A stretch of 64,000 bases of DNA from Octopus bimaculoides (taxonomy: Eukaryota): assembly GCF_001194135.2 (NCBI RefSeq), contig NC_068981.1, forward strand, positions 194,579,252-194,643,251, read 5' to 3'. The notes under the pieces are model-generated. The model searched no databases, was not told the DNA's origin, and saw nothing but the letters and a program-made list of their open reading frames with translations. The translations under genes and the position numbers were made by a program. This document shows positions 1 to 12,924 of the stretch, piece by piece (the stretch's first letter is position 1; each line of letters opens with the position of its first letter).

Positions 1-26
1 ACGATGATGATGATGATGATGATGAT

Positions 27-493
27 TGGGCCTCACAGAGGCAATGACAGGAGACCGGGACCTTTGGAGATATGCTGTGATTGAGAAGACCCGGCAACTA
101 AAGTGAGATTGCAACCATGCATGTCCAGCCCTGTTAAGAATACCCCTGATGTGTCGGGTGATATGATATGCTTGAGAAGACCTGTTGAGTCAAATAAAAC
201 CAATATCGTAGCTGGGGCCAGTGCCCCCTGACTGGCTCCCATACCAGTGGCATGTAAAAAGCACCATCTGAATGTGGTCGATGCCAGTACCGCCTGACTG
301 GCTCCCATGCCAGTGGCACGTAAAAAGCACCCACTACAGTCTCAGAGTGGTTGGTGTTAGGAAGGGCATCCAGCTGTAGAAACTTTGCCAAATCAGATTG
401 GAACCTGGTGCAGCTGCTGGCTCTCCAGACCTCAGTCAAACCATCCAACCCATGCAAGCATGGAAAATAGACGTTAAATGATGATGATGATGT
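27..493 (+). mobile_element. RTE LINE 3' fragment
   Basis: Same family, (GAT)n tail; starts directly after another (GAT)n tail. Confidence 0.85.
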
Positions 494-655
494 TGTGTTA
501 CATCTATGGAAGAACTTTTGACCATTTGGGACTGCTGGACAAATAAATGAATTAAGCTGATCTTTGGCAATGATTTATCCTGGAACTATGGGATTCCAAG
601 AATTTACTGCTGCTGCTGCTACATTTAATAGTAATTTTTTTTTTTTCAATTTCAG

Positions 656-791
656 GTTAACTAGTTCAGCGTCAGGTAGTACAGTCATCCTGAAAGAATG
701 TTCTGCTCCAAGCTTACTCAACACGAATCGGTGGCACCACTTAATATTACAATATCGTGAAGTCCTTGATGAAAACATCCTGTCAGGGAAG
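656..791 (+). CDS. LYST: LYST exon (ConA/LamG-like region; LTSSASG...WHHLILQYRE...SGK)
   Basis: ttcag|G..AAG|gtaag; ends phase 0. Confidence 0.85.
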
Positions 792-956
792 GTAAGAACT
801 GTCCGTCGGCACCTCTTTGAAAGTTCCTCAAGACACTCGCCTCACCTGAAGGCATTCTTCCCATCTGATGACAGTCACCTGGTCTGAAGACTCTTGCCTT
901 GCCTGACTAAAGTCGTTTGTTTTACCTGACTTACCTGTATATTGTATCTGTTTCAG

Positions 957-1131
957 GTTTCCATTGTGCTGGATGGCTGGTGGTCTCAGGAAATGGTATT
1001 AGATCATTCCAGAGACATTCGTATGACCCAGCTAGAACCGACTGTCTACTTGGGACACACAAGGAATTACAGGAACCATTTGCTTAATCGCAAGAAGTCT
1101 TGGTATCTTGGTCCACTCATGCTTTTTAAAG
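957..1131 (+). CDS. LYST: LYST exon (VSIVLDGWW...WYLGPLMLFK)
   Basis: tttcag| ... G|gtactg; phase 0 to 1. Confidence 0.88.
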
Positions 1132-1248
1132 GTACTGTTGTTGTTCTTATCTTAAGAGATCTCCTTTCTCTGTTCTCTTGACCTTAACTGCTCTCCTCTT
1201 CTCTAAAAATGTTGTCTGAATTCTCTTGTTATTTCTCTTATTCTTCAG

Positions 1249-1442
1249 GTGCTAACTTATCCCAAGAGATCTGCTTTCATCTCCATGCTCTTGGCCCTAA
1301 CTGTTCCTCAATCAGCAAATGTGACTGTTCTGAACAGGCAGCATCTTATATTCCTCAACTGTTCAAGAATGTTGTTTGTTTCTCTGGAGTCTCCACAGAC
1401 ACTTTGGTTGGCATCAATCAAGTAAATCTGGACACTGCTAGA
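1249..1442 (+). CDS. LYST: LYST exon (GANLSQEICFHLHALGPN...DTAR)
   Basis: ttcag| ... AGA|gtaagt; phase 1 to 0. Confidence 0.88.
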
Positions 1443-1965
1443 GTAAGTCCCTTTCATGATCATTGTGTTAAAAGAATTTCCTATTTTCTTAAATCTGCAA
1501 AGACTTCTTCCAAGATGCAGTCTGGGATATAATTTCTCTCCATTGTCATCACTTCCTTAAAGTTGCCCAGTTTCTCCATAACTTCAATATCTAATGTCTT
1601 AACAGCAGCAGTTGTTACAAGATCTAAATTACAGCAACATACTTTTGGGGGTAAAAAACAGGGTGTATTAAAGAGTGAGGTAAACATGAACATTGGTTTT
1701 AGAAGTCTCATTGTTTTAATGTCTACTTTTCCATGCTTGCAAGAGTCAAACAGAATTCATTGAGGCAGATTTTTTTTGTGGCTGGGTGCCCTTCCTGTCA
1801 CCAACCCTCATCTGTTTCCAAGGAAGGTAAAATTTCCCTCCATAGCCAGACATGTGTTCATGGAAGATTGGAAATGGACACCACATGCATGACCTTGATG
1901 CTCATTTACAACTATCACACTGGCGTGCACACATACTTACAGATACACACACACACACACACACA

Positions 1966-2302
1966 TCATTATCATTGTTTAACATCTGCTTTCCATGCTG
2001 GCATGGGTTGGACGGTTTGACTGAAGACTGGCAAACCAGAAGGCTGCACCAGGCTCCAATCCAATCTGGCAGCGTATCTACAGCAGGATGCCCTTCCTAA
2101 TGCTAACCACTCCGAGAGTGTAGTGGGTGCTTTTACATGCCACTGGCATGAGGGCCAGTCAGGTGGCACTGGCATCGACCATGCTCAAACGGTGGTTTTT
2201 ACATGCCACCAGCACAGGAGCCAGTCAGGCGGCACTGGCATTGATCATGCTCAAACGGTGCTTTTTACATGCCACCGACACAGGAGCCAGTCAGACGGCA
2301 TT
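1966..2302 (-). mobile_element. RTE LINE 3' fragment
   Basis: Reverse complement of family 3' UTR with about 62-bp internal units. Confidence 0.8.
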
Positions 2303-2462
2303 GGCATCGACCATGTATATATATAAAGCTTGGTTCTTTAGTTCAGGATAGCATTGAAACAAAACTGTTTAATGCCCCAGTAATTATTGTGTTCTACCAT
2401 GTTGTTGCTGTCATTCCTTGTTCCTTTTACTCTAATTCTGGAATTTATCTCCGTTTCCACAG

Positions 2463-2738
2463 AACAACCTAATTCTGATCTACAACCCACAACATCCGAA
2501 ATTGTTTAGCCTTTACTGTGCTGGTGGATCGTCCCAGCTTCCAAACTCCCTCGGGCTCACCCTTGGAATATTGCCACCTTCCATGATCCAGTCCAGGGAT
2601 CTCCTTGAACAACATCCATTGGTTGTACCTGTCAAGATGGCACCATCCCTGGAGATTTTGGCTTGCTTCAAGAATTGTCTGGAACAATCAGCTGAAGAAA
2701 TGGGAGGAATAAATGTATTTATGTTCCTTGTTGCAAAG
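2463..2738 (+). CDS. LYST: LYST exon (NNLILIYNPQ...EEMGGINVFMFLVAK)
   Basis: ccacag| ... AAG|gtgagt; phase 0 to 0. Confidence 0.9.
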
Positions 2739-2856
2739 GTGAGTTTGCGGGGAAAAGTGGACTGGTCCATGTAGAGAGAGTGGGGTGTAGAAAAATGAAC
2801 AAATGTGTAGAGTGGAGTTGTGGAAGAGAATGGACAAATTAATGTAGAGAGATATA

Positions 2857-3393
2857 CAAAGTGATTGAAAAGTGACTCCCTATTTATTTTTAAATACTTA
2901 TAGATTATTTATTAACTGTAATTTTTTTTCTCATTTTTTTTTTTGTATTTTTTTTTTTTTTTTTTTGAGGTATGAAAATTTATTCTTTAATTATATTTCT
3001 CTTATCATTCACAAATGACTGAATGCCCGCTTTCCCAGGAGATGGATGCGTCATTGTTGTCTGCATGAATGGTCAGCCAGAAGTCCCAACTTAACACCCT
3101 GTGACTTCTTTCTTTGGAGTTGGTTAAAGGAACAAGTCTACTGTACCAAACCAAAGACTTTGGAAGAACTTGAAGGGCGAATACGAGAAGTTATACGTCT
3201 TCCATCACATTGGAGTTCCTGGTGCAATCAGTTGATGCAATTCCTGGGAGACTCAAAATGCTGGTGGCGACATCTGGAGCCCATATCGAATTTTGAATAA
3301 AACCCCATACTAAATGCTTTCCTCTCATATCCAATTAATAAATAAATAATTTATAAATATTTTAAAATAGGGAGCTACTTTTCAATCACCCTG
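2857..3393 (+). mobile_element. Internally deleted Tc1/mariner element with transposase C-terminal remnant
   Basis: TIRs CA(A/G)(A/G)GTGATTGAAAAGT..CTCCCTATTT, TA flanks; remnant WSARSPNLTPCDFFLWSWLKEQVY (WPxxSPDL motif). Confidence 0.88.
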
Positions 3394-4067
3394 TAGAGAG
3401 AATGGACTGGTCCATATTGAGAGGTGTGGAGAGAAAGGACTGGTTCTTGTGCAGAGTAGGTGTGAAGGAAATGGATTGGTCCATGTAGAGAGGTGCGAAG
3501 AGAATGGATTAGTCCATATCGAGAGAATGTGTGAAGAGGATGAGCTGATCCATTTAGAGAGGAATTGTGGAGAGAATGGTAAAAGAGAATGGATTTAGGA
3601 TCGGACCAGTACATCATTGCAGATTGTTATGTACTACTTGGATAATAGGCAGCAAAAACCTCCCACATTTTACAGGTTAACAAACGTTTTTAACAGCAAA
3701 CACTTGGTGTGCCCTAGTTCAAACCATGATGGTGACTGAAAAATAAACGGTAAGACATCAGCTACATGAAGACACCATTACCTGCCATTCAACCTCACTG
3801 GCATCAAAACAATGGCAGTGTAAAATATGGGAGGTTTTTCTGCTGCACTCTATCTCCTATACTACTCTTACCGTTATCATGGCACTTTCAAACACCTCCA
3901 TAAGTACTATTACCATCACCACCATCATCCCCATCACAATTGCCTTGCCTACCACCCTTGCCACCAATCACCACTACCACCACACTACTACTACTACCAC
4001 CACCACCACCACCACCACCACCACTGTATATGTACTACCACTGTGGCTTTATTTTATATAATTACAG

Positions 4068-4295
4068 GTATTTGAAAAGTGCCGACTCCCTTCAGAAGAC
4101 AGTGATCAGGGATTGAACTTGTTACAGATGCGGCAAAACATGGAAAAACTGCAGGCGTCGGCCCTCAACCTTCTGTTCCAAATGATCAAACAAGTCCCGT
4201 CAATGTGTTTGCAGTATATGGAATCTCAAGGAGATCGTATGATTTCCAGAGTCTTGGAAACTTCAAGAAGTTTAATTTCTTTCCGTATTTTAAAG
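4068..4295 (+). CDS. LYST: LYST exon (VFEKCRLP...LQASALNLLF...RILK)
   Basis: ttacag| ... AAG|gtaatt; phase 0 to 0. Confidence 0.9.
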
Positions 4296-5146
4296 GTAAT
4301 TAGCTTAATGGGTTTTAATTAATTTGTTAATTAGTTCTTCTGGTAAAAGTGGTGCTTATTTAACCCTTGGTTAGGCCTCAATGAGCAGGCTTTGATCAAA
4401 TACATTCCAGTAGTGACCATCATGTCCTTCGGATCAGACACTGTCTATCTGGTACCACGATATCTAGTGTAACCTCCCTCTCTTTAAGATCATAGGAAGT
4501 GATATAAAGGAAATTTGGCTGCCATTTCTAGCAGGTTGGGTGGTTGCATAATCTTGTTGTGGGTTTTTTAGCCCCAGGTTAGTCTTTATGACTGCCACAA
4601 GATCCAGTCCCTGTTGTGATTTGATGGATGTCATGCCTCAGTGACCTGGAGAGCTATGCCATTGGAGTGCAGGTCTCTAGTAGGGGTCGCCCATGCTGGA
4701 CAAGTCAAAGATTAGGGGCCCAGACCAATATGGACCACTTCTTCCCAGAGTTTTGTATAGGGCCAATATCCCCTACCTAGACAATTCAAAGCCAGCAAGG
4801 CCTGGGAGATGAGGGGCTTCTCTAAGTGGGAGGCAAGGGTTGTGGGGCAGAACTGTAAAAGCCTGGATTCAGCTGGAAAGAAGCAGAAAGGACAGTGGAG
4901 AAAGTTGTTGATGGATTATGCTCCACAGGGATCGAAGGGCTTAAGTAAGTAACCCCTTTCAGCAGACCTGAATATATATATAGGCATGGGTGTGTGGTAA
5001 GCAGCTTGCTTCCCAACCACATGGTTTCCGGTTCAGTCCCATTATGTGGCACTTTGGGCAAGTGTCAAGTGTCTTCTACTATAGCCTCGGGCTGACCAAA
5101 GCCTTGTGAGTGGATTTGGTAGACAGAAACTGAAAGAAGCCTATTG

Positions 5147-5179
<33 letters not shown>

Positions 5180-6034
5180 CTTTCTGTCTGTCCCCCACCG
5201 CCACCACTACCACCACCATCGCTTGATAACCAATGTTGGTGTGTTTACATCCCCGTAACATAGCGGCTCGGCAAAAGAAACCAATAGAATAAGTACCAGG
5301 CTTACAAAGAATAAGTTCTGGGAGTCAATTGTTCAACTAAAGGCAGTGCTCCAGCATGGCCCCAGTCAAATGACTGAAACATATAGAAGAATAAAATAAA
5401 TATATATATTTATTTATTTATATTCCCCTTCTTGTACCTTGATGGCACCTGCTGACATCTCGTTGCTACCATCATTTCTCCCTTTCCAGCTGGGGTAGAT
5501 ATGTATCCCCCTTAACACCAAACACCTGTGCTTGTCCCTCTATCACACTTTAGTCTCTCAACTACTAGCGTAGCTAGAGTATGTGCCGTGCCTGGAGTGG
5601 CCCTTCCGCCCTCGGACCCCACCAAAGACACATATTGCCTGCAACAGGATGACGAGTGCTGCCCCTTTAAAAGTGCCATCCGGGGTGGACTGCCCGTATT
5701 CCTGCCAGCTATGCTAGTGCTCTCAACACCCGACATAAAGCCATCTCTCTCAGTTCTACAAGCCTGACTCTTTCAAGGAGTCTTGGCTGGTGATTTACTT
5801 GATCTCACTGGTGCTGATGCTGCAAAAGAAGTACTCAATACAGTATAAAGTGTTACAAATTCCATCCAGCCATAGAAATCATGTCAAAGCAGACCTTGGA
5901 GTACTATGTGATCCTCCAACCCATTGGATCCTGTCGTTTTGTCCAACCCAAACCTGCAGGGAAAAATGGTCATGAAATAGTAAATGATGATGATGATAAT
6001 TTCAACTTGTACATCTTCTAATTGTTCAATGTAG

Positions 6035-6316
6035 GTGCTACTGGATGCTGCTACCACAGAATCCGTGATGAGATTCGATTCTCAGTTAAACACTTACATC
6101 ATAAAAGAGCAAACGTTGGCCATTGTCCAGAATATGTCTGTTATTGAGAATCTTCTGCTGAGGTGGAGAATTTGGACCAGAGGTCCATCATCTGTGATGG
6201 AATTACTCTTCAAAGCCCTTGAATGTTTGGTCAGAGATGACCATCCACATCAAATGTTCAACATTAAACAATATCAAGCTGGAAACTTTGTACAACGAGT
6301 TTTTCTTATGTATCAG
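6035..6316 (+). CDS. LYST: LYST exon (VLLDAATT...LLLRWRIW...DDHPHQMFNIKQ...MYQ)
   Basis: gtag| ... CAG|gtgagt; recognisable LYST motif; phase 0 to 0. Confidence 0.94.
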
Positions 6317-7339
6317 GTGAGTAGAAACTTCTTTCAGGTGTGTGTGTGTGTATGTGCATGCAAACGTATGAGCTTGTGTGTTTATGACAGAGAGAGAGAG
6401 ACAAACAGACAGACAACTATTTCAAATAATATAATGCATGTCTGTATGGTTGTGTGTCTGTGTGTCTTGTCATTATCTTCATCAAAAGGATTAATGTCCA
6501 TTTTTCCAAATTCTATTCTGAATTTTACAGGTTTGCAGTATATTCTCTGTCTGTCTGTGTGTCTCTCTTTAGTATGTTCCTCCTTCAATTTGTTTGAGAT
6601 TCAGCCTCAACCATTTTGTCTGGATCTCTATCATCACAGGTCCCCCTTCATCACCCCCACCCATCAATTCTTGCATTTTTTCTACCACCAACTTATATCC
6701 CTTTTACACCTAGTAAAACCAACACCACATATATACCAGTTATTACCTGTCTTATACATCTCTTCATATCTTGTCACTTTACCATCATCTTCCATTACAA
6801 CCTGTTTCTTCTGTTCACATCGTCTTCATCTCACAGTTCCACGCCATCCACCTCACATTAACTTCTTCAATTATCCCATCTTTATTCTTATCTCATCTTA
6901 TTCTCTGTCTACTCTCAAAACACCAAAAATCATTTCCTTCCAACAGAGAGTTCTTCTCAATCTATTGATTTTTTAACCATGCAAGCATTGGAAGAGTAGA
7001 TGTTAGAACGATAATGATGATAACAGTGCAGTTTGTTTGCCATTTCTGGTTATGTAATGTGAGCAATGTCTTCACTTCATAGCTATATGCTTTTCAGTTC
7101 AGTTTATTTTCACAAGTATCGTCACGAATATAGTTCCATGCTGGTGCCATGTATAAAGCACTCATGCTGGTGCCACATAAAAAGCACCCAGTACACCATT
7201 GTAAAGTGGTTGATGTTAGGAAGGACATATAGTTACAGAAACCAACCCATACCAGCATGGAAAATGGATGTTAAATGATGATGATGATAATGGGTCCAAA
7301 ACTAACATTAAATAGTTAATGCCCATGATTGGAATTGTC

Positions 7340-7800
7340 GGGCAAAATGCTGTGCTTGAGAAGACCTGTTGAGTCAAGAGAAATCATTGTTGTGGCTGAT
7401 GCCAGTGCTGCCTGACTGGTACCCATACTGGTGGCATGTAAAATGCACCATTTGAGCATGCCTGATGCCAGTGCTAGTGGCACATAAAAGCCACCATTTG
7501 AGTGTGGTCAATGCCAGTATCACTTCACTGGCTCCCATGCCAGTGGCACATGAAAAGCACCATTTGAGTTTGGTTGATGCGAGTGCCACCTGACTGGCCC
7601 TCATGCCAGTGGCATGTAGAAAGCATCCACTATACTCTCGAAGTGGTTGGTGTTAGAAAGGGCATCCAGCTGTAGAAACCTTGCCAGATCAGATTAGAGT
7701 CTGGTACAGCCTCCTGACTTGCCAGTCCTCAGTCAAACCGTCCAACCCATGCCAGCATGGAAAGTGGACGTTAATCAGTGATGATGATGATGATTACGAT
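7340..7800 (+). mobile_element. RTE LINE 3' fragment with about 4 internal units of about 62 bp
   Basis: Family motifs and (GAT)n tail; boundaries approximate. Confidence 0.8.
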
Positions 7801-7926
7801 GATATTAACAGATAGCATTAGGATGTGTGATTGTGAAGGTAACCACCATTGGCTATTTTCCTACATTTCTACCAGTGTTTGTTACGACATCTTTTACATT
7901 TCATTTCATTGTCTATTTGTTCACAG

Positions 7927-8125
7927 GAATTAGTACGAGAACATGAACCAGTGCCATCGGCAACAATCAGCAGTTCCATTGTCGCAATCATTCAGAAAAT
8001 GGTTGGTTCTCCCCCAGACTCTCACCTGATAGTAGCTGTCTGTGATTTTCTATTGTTGATGCACCCTGCTGCTGATACCTACATAAATTATGCAAGATCC
8101 GGCTTCTATTTCAGTTGCTGGTGGG
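7927..8125 (+). CDS. LYST: LYST exon (ELVREHE...VGSPPD...FLLLMHPAADTY...)
   Basis: cacag| ... G|gtaagt; phase 0 to 1. Confidence 0.93.
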
Positions 8126-8473
8126 GTAAGTTCTACGTTTTATATAACTTCTCTCATCTTCTTAGGGCTTTCTTCTCTTCAGTGTGTTTTACATCTAGTT
8201 CACAATTATGGAATGCCATGGGCTTCATTGGTTGTGTTCGGGGGTCTTAGTAAACCTCTGTAGTCATAACTGTGTTGTCACATGTCAGACATACTTCCAT
8301 CTGCAGCAGTCTATCTGTTATCCAAATTAAGTTATATGTCTTTGGTAGAATTTTTAATTAAGCTAATTATCTTATATACTTACTACCACTGTAATTTTAA
8401 TTAATTAATTAATTCATTCATTCATTCTTGGCTTGTTTCATTAAGTGGCTACTTTACTGCAAATTGAGAGTTT

Positions 8474-8748
8474 GGTGCAATGCTATAGTGGATAAGAGCG
8501 CAGGCTACTAACCCCAAGATTCCGAGTTCAATTCCAGGCAGTGACCTGAATAATAATAATAGTAATAATAATAATAATAATAACAACAACATTGAAAAAT
8601 ACCTTAAGAATGAGAACCCAGGTTTGAAATTTCCCCAAGACACCTGATGAAGGCTGGAGGGTATATCAGCCGAAACGTTGTGTTAACAACAAACAAGATG
8701 AGGACAAATATCTGTAAGTGTAAATAATTTAAATAATGTAAATAATGC
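8474..8748 (+). mobile_element. tRNA-Arg-like-headed SINE with (AAT)n and minimal hammerhead (family A)
   Basis: Pol III A/B-box-like head, (AAT)n, conserved body. Related copies at 30328-30568, 41347-41575(-), 41588-41756 and 51798-52518. Confidence 0.85.
8639..8684 (+). ncRNA. Minimal type-I hammerhead ribozyme (family A, intact copy)
   Basis: GACAC-CTGATGA-A-GGCTG(loop)CAGCC-GAAA-CG-T-T-GTGTT: 5-bp stem I, 5-bp stem II, ACGT palindromic stem III, GUU site. Confidence 0.75.
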
Positions 8749-10654
8749 GAGAGTTTGGTGGGTCAAACTTCCACCCACCAGCTCACCTCTTCGTCCTTCC
8801 CCATTCACTTCTGTTCACCTTGCACCTTAAAGGTCCACACAGATGCTTCAATGTTTCTAGTTTTAAGCCCTTCCCTCCCCCATCATCCCTTCACCCTCTC
8901 TTCTAAAATGTGAGTAGCCACGCGACCTGTCCACAGCAAGAAACTTGTCCTGCTCCGGCCCCATCTCTCATACTTTAACCCTTCATCTCCCAGCATAAAG
9001 GCACCCCTCTTGGGGTTCCTACTCTTGCCAGCTGTATGGTGGCCTCACTAATGCTGATGGCATGAAGAAAGCATCCAGCGCCCTCTATAAAATAGCTGGC
9101 ATTAGGAAGGGCTTCCAGCTGTGGTAACCATGCCAACGTAGACAGCCCAACCCATGCCACCATGGGACAGGGACATTAAATGAGTGGGATGATGTATTGT
9201 GTCCTCAGCTGAAATAGTTAGCTGTCAAATTGCTCAGTCCATCTAACTGTAAAAGGGTACCACACAAGAGGGGAAACAACTTGTAGAAACAATTTATGCA
9301 AAATTTATAAGTTGTTAGTTTTTGCTGTTGTTTAGCCCCAGGCTGGCCCCAAGCAGACTTATGTTCAAAGACGTTCCAGCCATGACCCTCTATCCATTTA
9401 GGAGTATCTAGGATTACATTACCTAATACCATAATTCTTGTGTTTAAGGTGATTTGGCTGCTATTTCTAGCTGGTCAAGAAATGCTATAGAGGATCCGCA
9501 AATAGTGAAGTCACTGCTAAATTAATGAGCTAAACATCATCGTTAAAATGTCAAACAATTTTAATTAATTATAATTTCACATGTGGACACAGGTGTGGCT
9601 ACATAGGAAGTGGTTTGCTTTCCAACCACATGGTTCTGGGTTCGATCCCAGTGTGTGACGCCTTGGGCAAGTGTCTTCTGATTATAGCCTTGGGCCAGCC
9701 AAAGCCTTGTAAGTGGATTTGGTAGACAGAAACTGAAAGAAGCCTATTGTGTATACATGTGTGTGTGTGTTTGTGTGTGACCCCCCCACCACTGCTTGAC
9801 AGCTGGTGTTAGTTTGTTTATCTCCCCTTAGCTTATTGTTTCAGCAGCTTAAGAGACTGATAAAACAAATAATACGTATCAGGGTTGATTTGTTTCACTA
9901 AAAATTCTTTAAGGCAGTGCTCCAGCATGACCACAGTCTAATGACCAAAACAAGAAAAAGCTAAAAAAAAAAGTAAAGGATGTAACGAGACAAGAAACCA
10001 AATCAATCAGTTTTAATTATATTTCTGTCTCATTACATCAATTTATTTCTCCTGTAGAGAGCATCCCTGGGTNNNNNNNNNNNNNNNNNNNNNNNNNNNN
10101 NNNNNNNNNNNNNNNNNNNNNNNNNNNNNNNNNNNNNNNNNNNNNNNNNNNNNNNNNNNNNNNNNNNNNNNNNNNNNNNNNNNNNNNNNNNNNNNNNNNN
10201 NNNNNNNNNNNNNNNNNNNNNNNNNNNNNNNNNNNNNNNNNNNNNNNNNNNNNNNNNNNNNNNNNNNNNNNNNNNNNNNNNNGTAGTACCACTGAAGTGT
10301 TGCTTGGTATCACTCCAGTATTGTGTGGTGCCACTGTGGTACTGTGTGATCTGGTTGAACTCTTCTGTGGCACCACTGCACCCGTCTTGTACTACAGCGA
10401 TACTGTATGGTGCTAGTGCAGGGCTGTATGATACCACTGCATCGTTGTGTTGTACCGCTGTAAGTTTTGAGTGGTACCACTGCCATAATGGTGGAAGTAA
10501 TACCATGGCAGTGGTGTTGGTGGTGTTGACTTTAGTGTTGTGATGAGTTTGTAGTGTTAGGGTGGTTGGAGTGTGAGAATTGTGACTGTAGTAGGGAAAT
10601 ATGATTGTATTTCTCTTTGCACCGTTGTTATCTGTCTGTCTGTTTGTCTCTCAG

Positions 10655-10768
10655 GTGTACCTGGCACTCCCATTGCTAGGAGAATCAGCAGGAAGAATCG
10701 CACAATTGATCAAGTGAGACTGGCCAGCCTTGGTGATTATGACAATGTAACTGAAGGAACCAGAAAAG
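10655..10768 (+). CDS. LYST: LYST exon (GVPGTPIARR...GTRK)
   Basis: ctcag| ... G|gtaagg; phase 1 to 1. Confidence 0.82.
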
Positions 10769-11586
10769 GTAAGGCATTCCCAAACTGTATCCATTCTCTT
10801 TTATTTTCAGGCACTGTCTATCTTGGACAATATTATCCAATGTGTTCTTCATTCATTCATTTTTATATTAGATGGTAAAGTATGATTCAAGGGATATTTG
10901 GCTGCTATTTTTAATAATTTGAACACCCACATTGAGGCATTCAATTGTCTGTATCCTTCCTTTAAGATAGTACAACATGGTTTGACCTCTTTTGTCACCA
11001 TATTTCTGTTGAAATGTTCTGTGTTTCTTTCAATTAATTTTAAATATAACAAAGAATTTAGTAAAATAACTTAGTTATCATTAAACTAGTGTTAGGAACA
11101 TAAATTGCGACTAAGGTTTGGTGGAAGATTTTTAATTCAAAACTTATGAAAACAAGACTTTTGTACTACAGAGCCAGAAGTGGTTTCAGTCGGGTCAGTA
11201 TGAAAAAGGTTAAATTAATCATTTGTTAGCCTTTTGTCCCCATATTTCTGTTGAGATGTTTTGTGTTTCTTTCAATTCATTTTAAATATAACAAAGAATT
11301 TAGTAAAATAACTGAGTTATCATTCAGCTAGTGTTAGGAACATAAATTGTGACTAAGGTTTGGTAGAAGATTTTAATTGAGAACTTATAAAAACAAGACA
11401 TTTGTTCTACAGAGCCAGAGGCAGTTTCAGGCAGGTTGGTATCAAAAGACTTAAAGGAGATTTGGCTGCTGTTTCTAGTAGGTCAGGTGACCATATAGAA
11501 GCAATAATTGCCATAAGTTGTATTTCTCACTGAAATGACTATTGTGGTATTGTTTTTTATGATGGTGATGTTTTGTTTCTTTCTAG

Positions 11587-12111
11587 GCCTCTTCCGGACG
11601 GTGTCTTTTGTATCATCTAGCAAGCCTGTGTATGATCGACAGATCGGGATGAACCGACCTCGTTCAGCTTCATATCCAAGCAATAATGAATTAAGAGGAT
11701 GGAAGACACAAAAGGATAAACAGAATTATGCCGAACAGTTTCAAGATGGTAAAAAGCTTTCTTCGAAGATTCACTCGCAAAGCGAGAAAACACCAGATTC
11801 TTGTGGAACAGATAACAGTTTCAACGAAGCAGACAGCAACGATTTTAACGATAATTCTGCCTGCAGTTCCGGAAAGTCTGCTGCCAGTGCTGTTGATGGC
11901 AACCTGTCTCAAAAACTGAGTTCAATCGACCAAGACAACAGTAGCAGTCACTGTCGTCGTCCCCTTTATTCTCTGTCTGAATCTATGTCCCCTACAAGCT
12001 GTGATATTGGTAGTTCTTTGGATTCTGATGATGATGATGATGATGATGATGATGTGTATGAAAGTGAAGATCATGAGACTACAGAGAAAGGTCTTGTAGT
12101 CCTCTGTGCTG
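11587..12111 (+). CDS. LYST: LYST exon, Ser/Asp-rich disordered region (GLFRT...RPRSASYP...D9...GLVVLCA)
   Basis: tctag| ... G|gtatgg; 525-bp open frame; phase 1 to 1. Confidence 0.88.
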
Positions 12112-12892
12112 GTATGGCCCTTTCTTTCTTTTTTTTTTATTTTTATCTGTTTTGTGTTCTTAAGATGCGACATTTTAATTTTATAGCTTATCTGAGCATT
12201 GACACACTAAAGTTTTGGCATCTACCTGTTGGCTTTGTAGAAACCTACAAAATTATACACCATCTTTCCAACAACTTTGGCCATTTTTTAAAAATTCAGT
12301 ATCTCTACCATTCATGTACATGCCTATAAAATCCAAAACAAAAAAAAAAAAACAGTGCCATACCCTTGACTTGATTTTCAGAAACGTTTTTCACACTTGG
12401 AACTGGCGAAGCTTGAAATAAACTGTGTCAATTGTAAGCTGTCAGGACCACTACGTCCTTCAAAACTTCCTTGCTCCCAAAAATTCACCAGCACTTATTC
12501 CTTACTGGCACCCATGCCAATCTTTCCTTCATTGGACACTAAACTCGGCTTGCGAAGACCTGTTGGGGCAAGTGAAATTGAAATCGAAATTGTGATTGAA
12601 CCATATTCGATGACTGGCACCTGTGCCAGTGGAGCACTAATAGCACCGTCCGAGCATGATCATTGCCAGAGCAGTTGTCTGGCTTCTGTGCTAATCAATG
12701 AAATGATCAATGAAATGATCTACATTTCCTCATGTGTCTTCTTTTAAGACCACAGCACTGGTGCTGGTGCCACGTAAAAAAAACACCCAGTACACTCTGC
12801 CAAAGCAGACAAAGGAACCTGGTGTGACCTCTGGCCTTGCTGGCCCCTGTCAAACCGTCCAACCCATGCTCGCATGGAAAATGAACATTAAG

Positions 12893-12924
<32 letters not shown>

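Noticed and set aside
33-457. Recurrent ORFs such as MGASQ.../WLALGRASSCRN...
   Set aside because: Chance frames in the RTE 3' UTR repeated across the window; not host genes.
6035-6976. 313-aa ORF
   Set aside because: Only 6035-6316 is exon; the rest is read-through into low-complexity intron past a GTGAGT donor.
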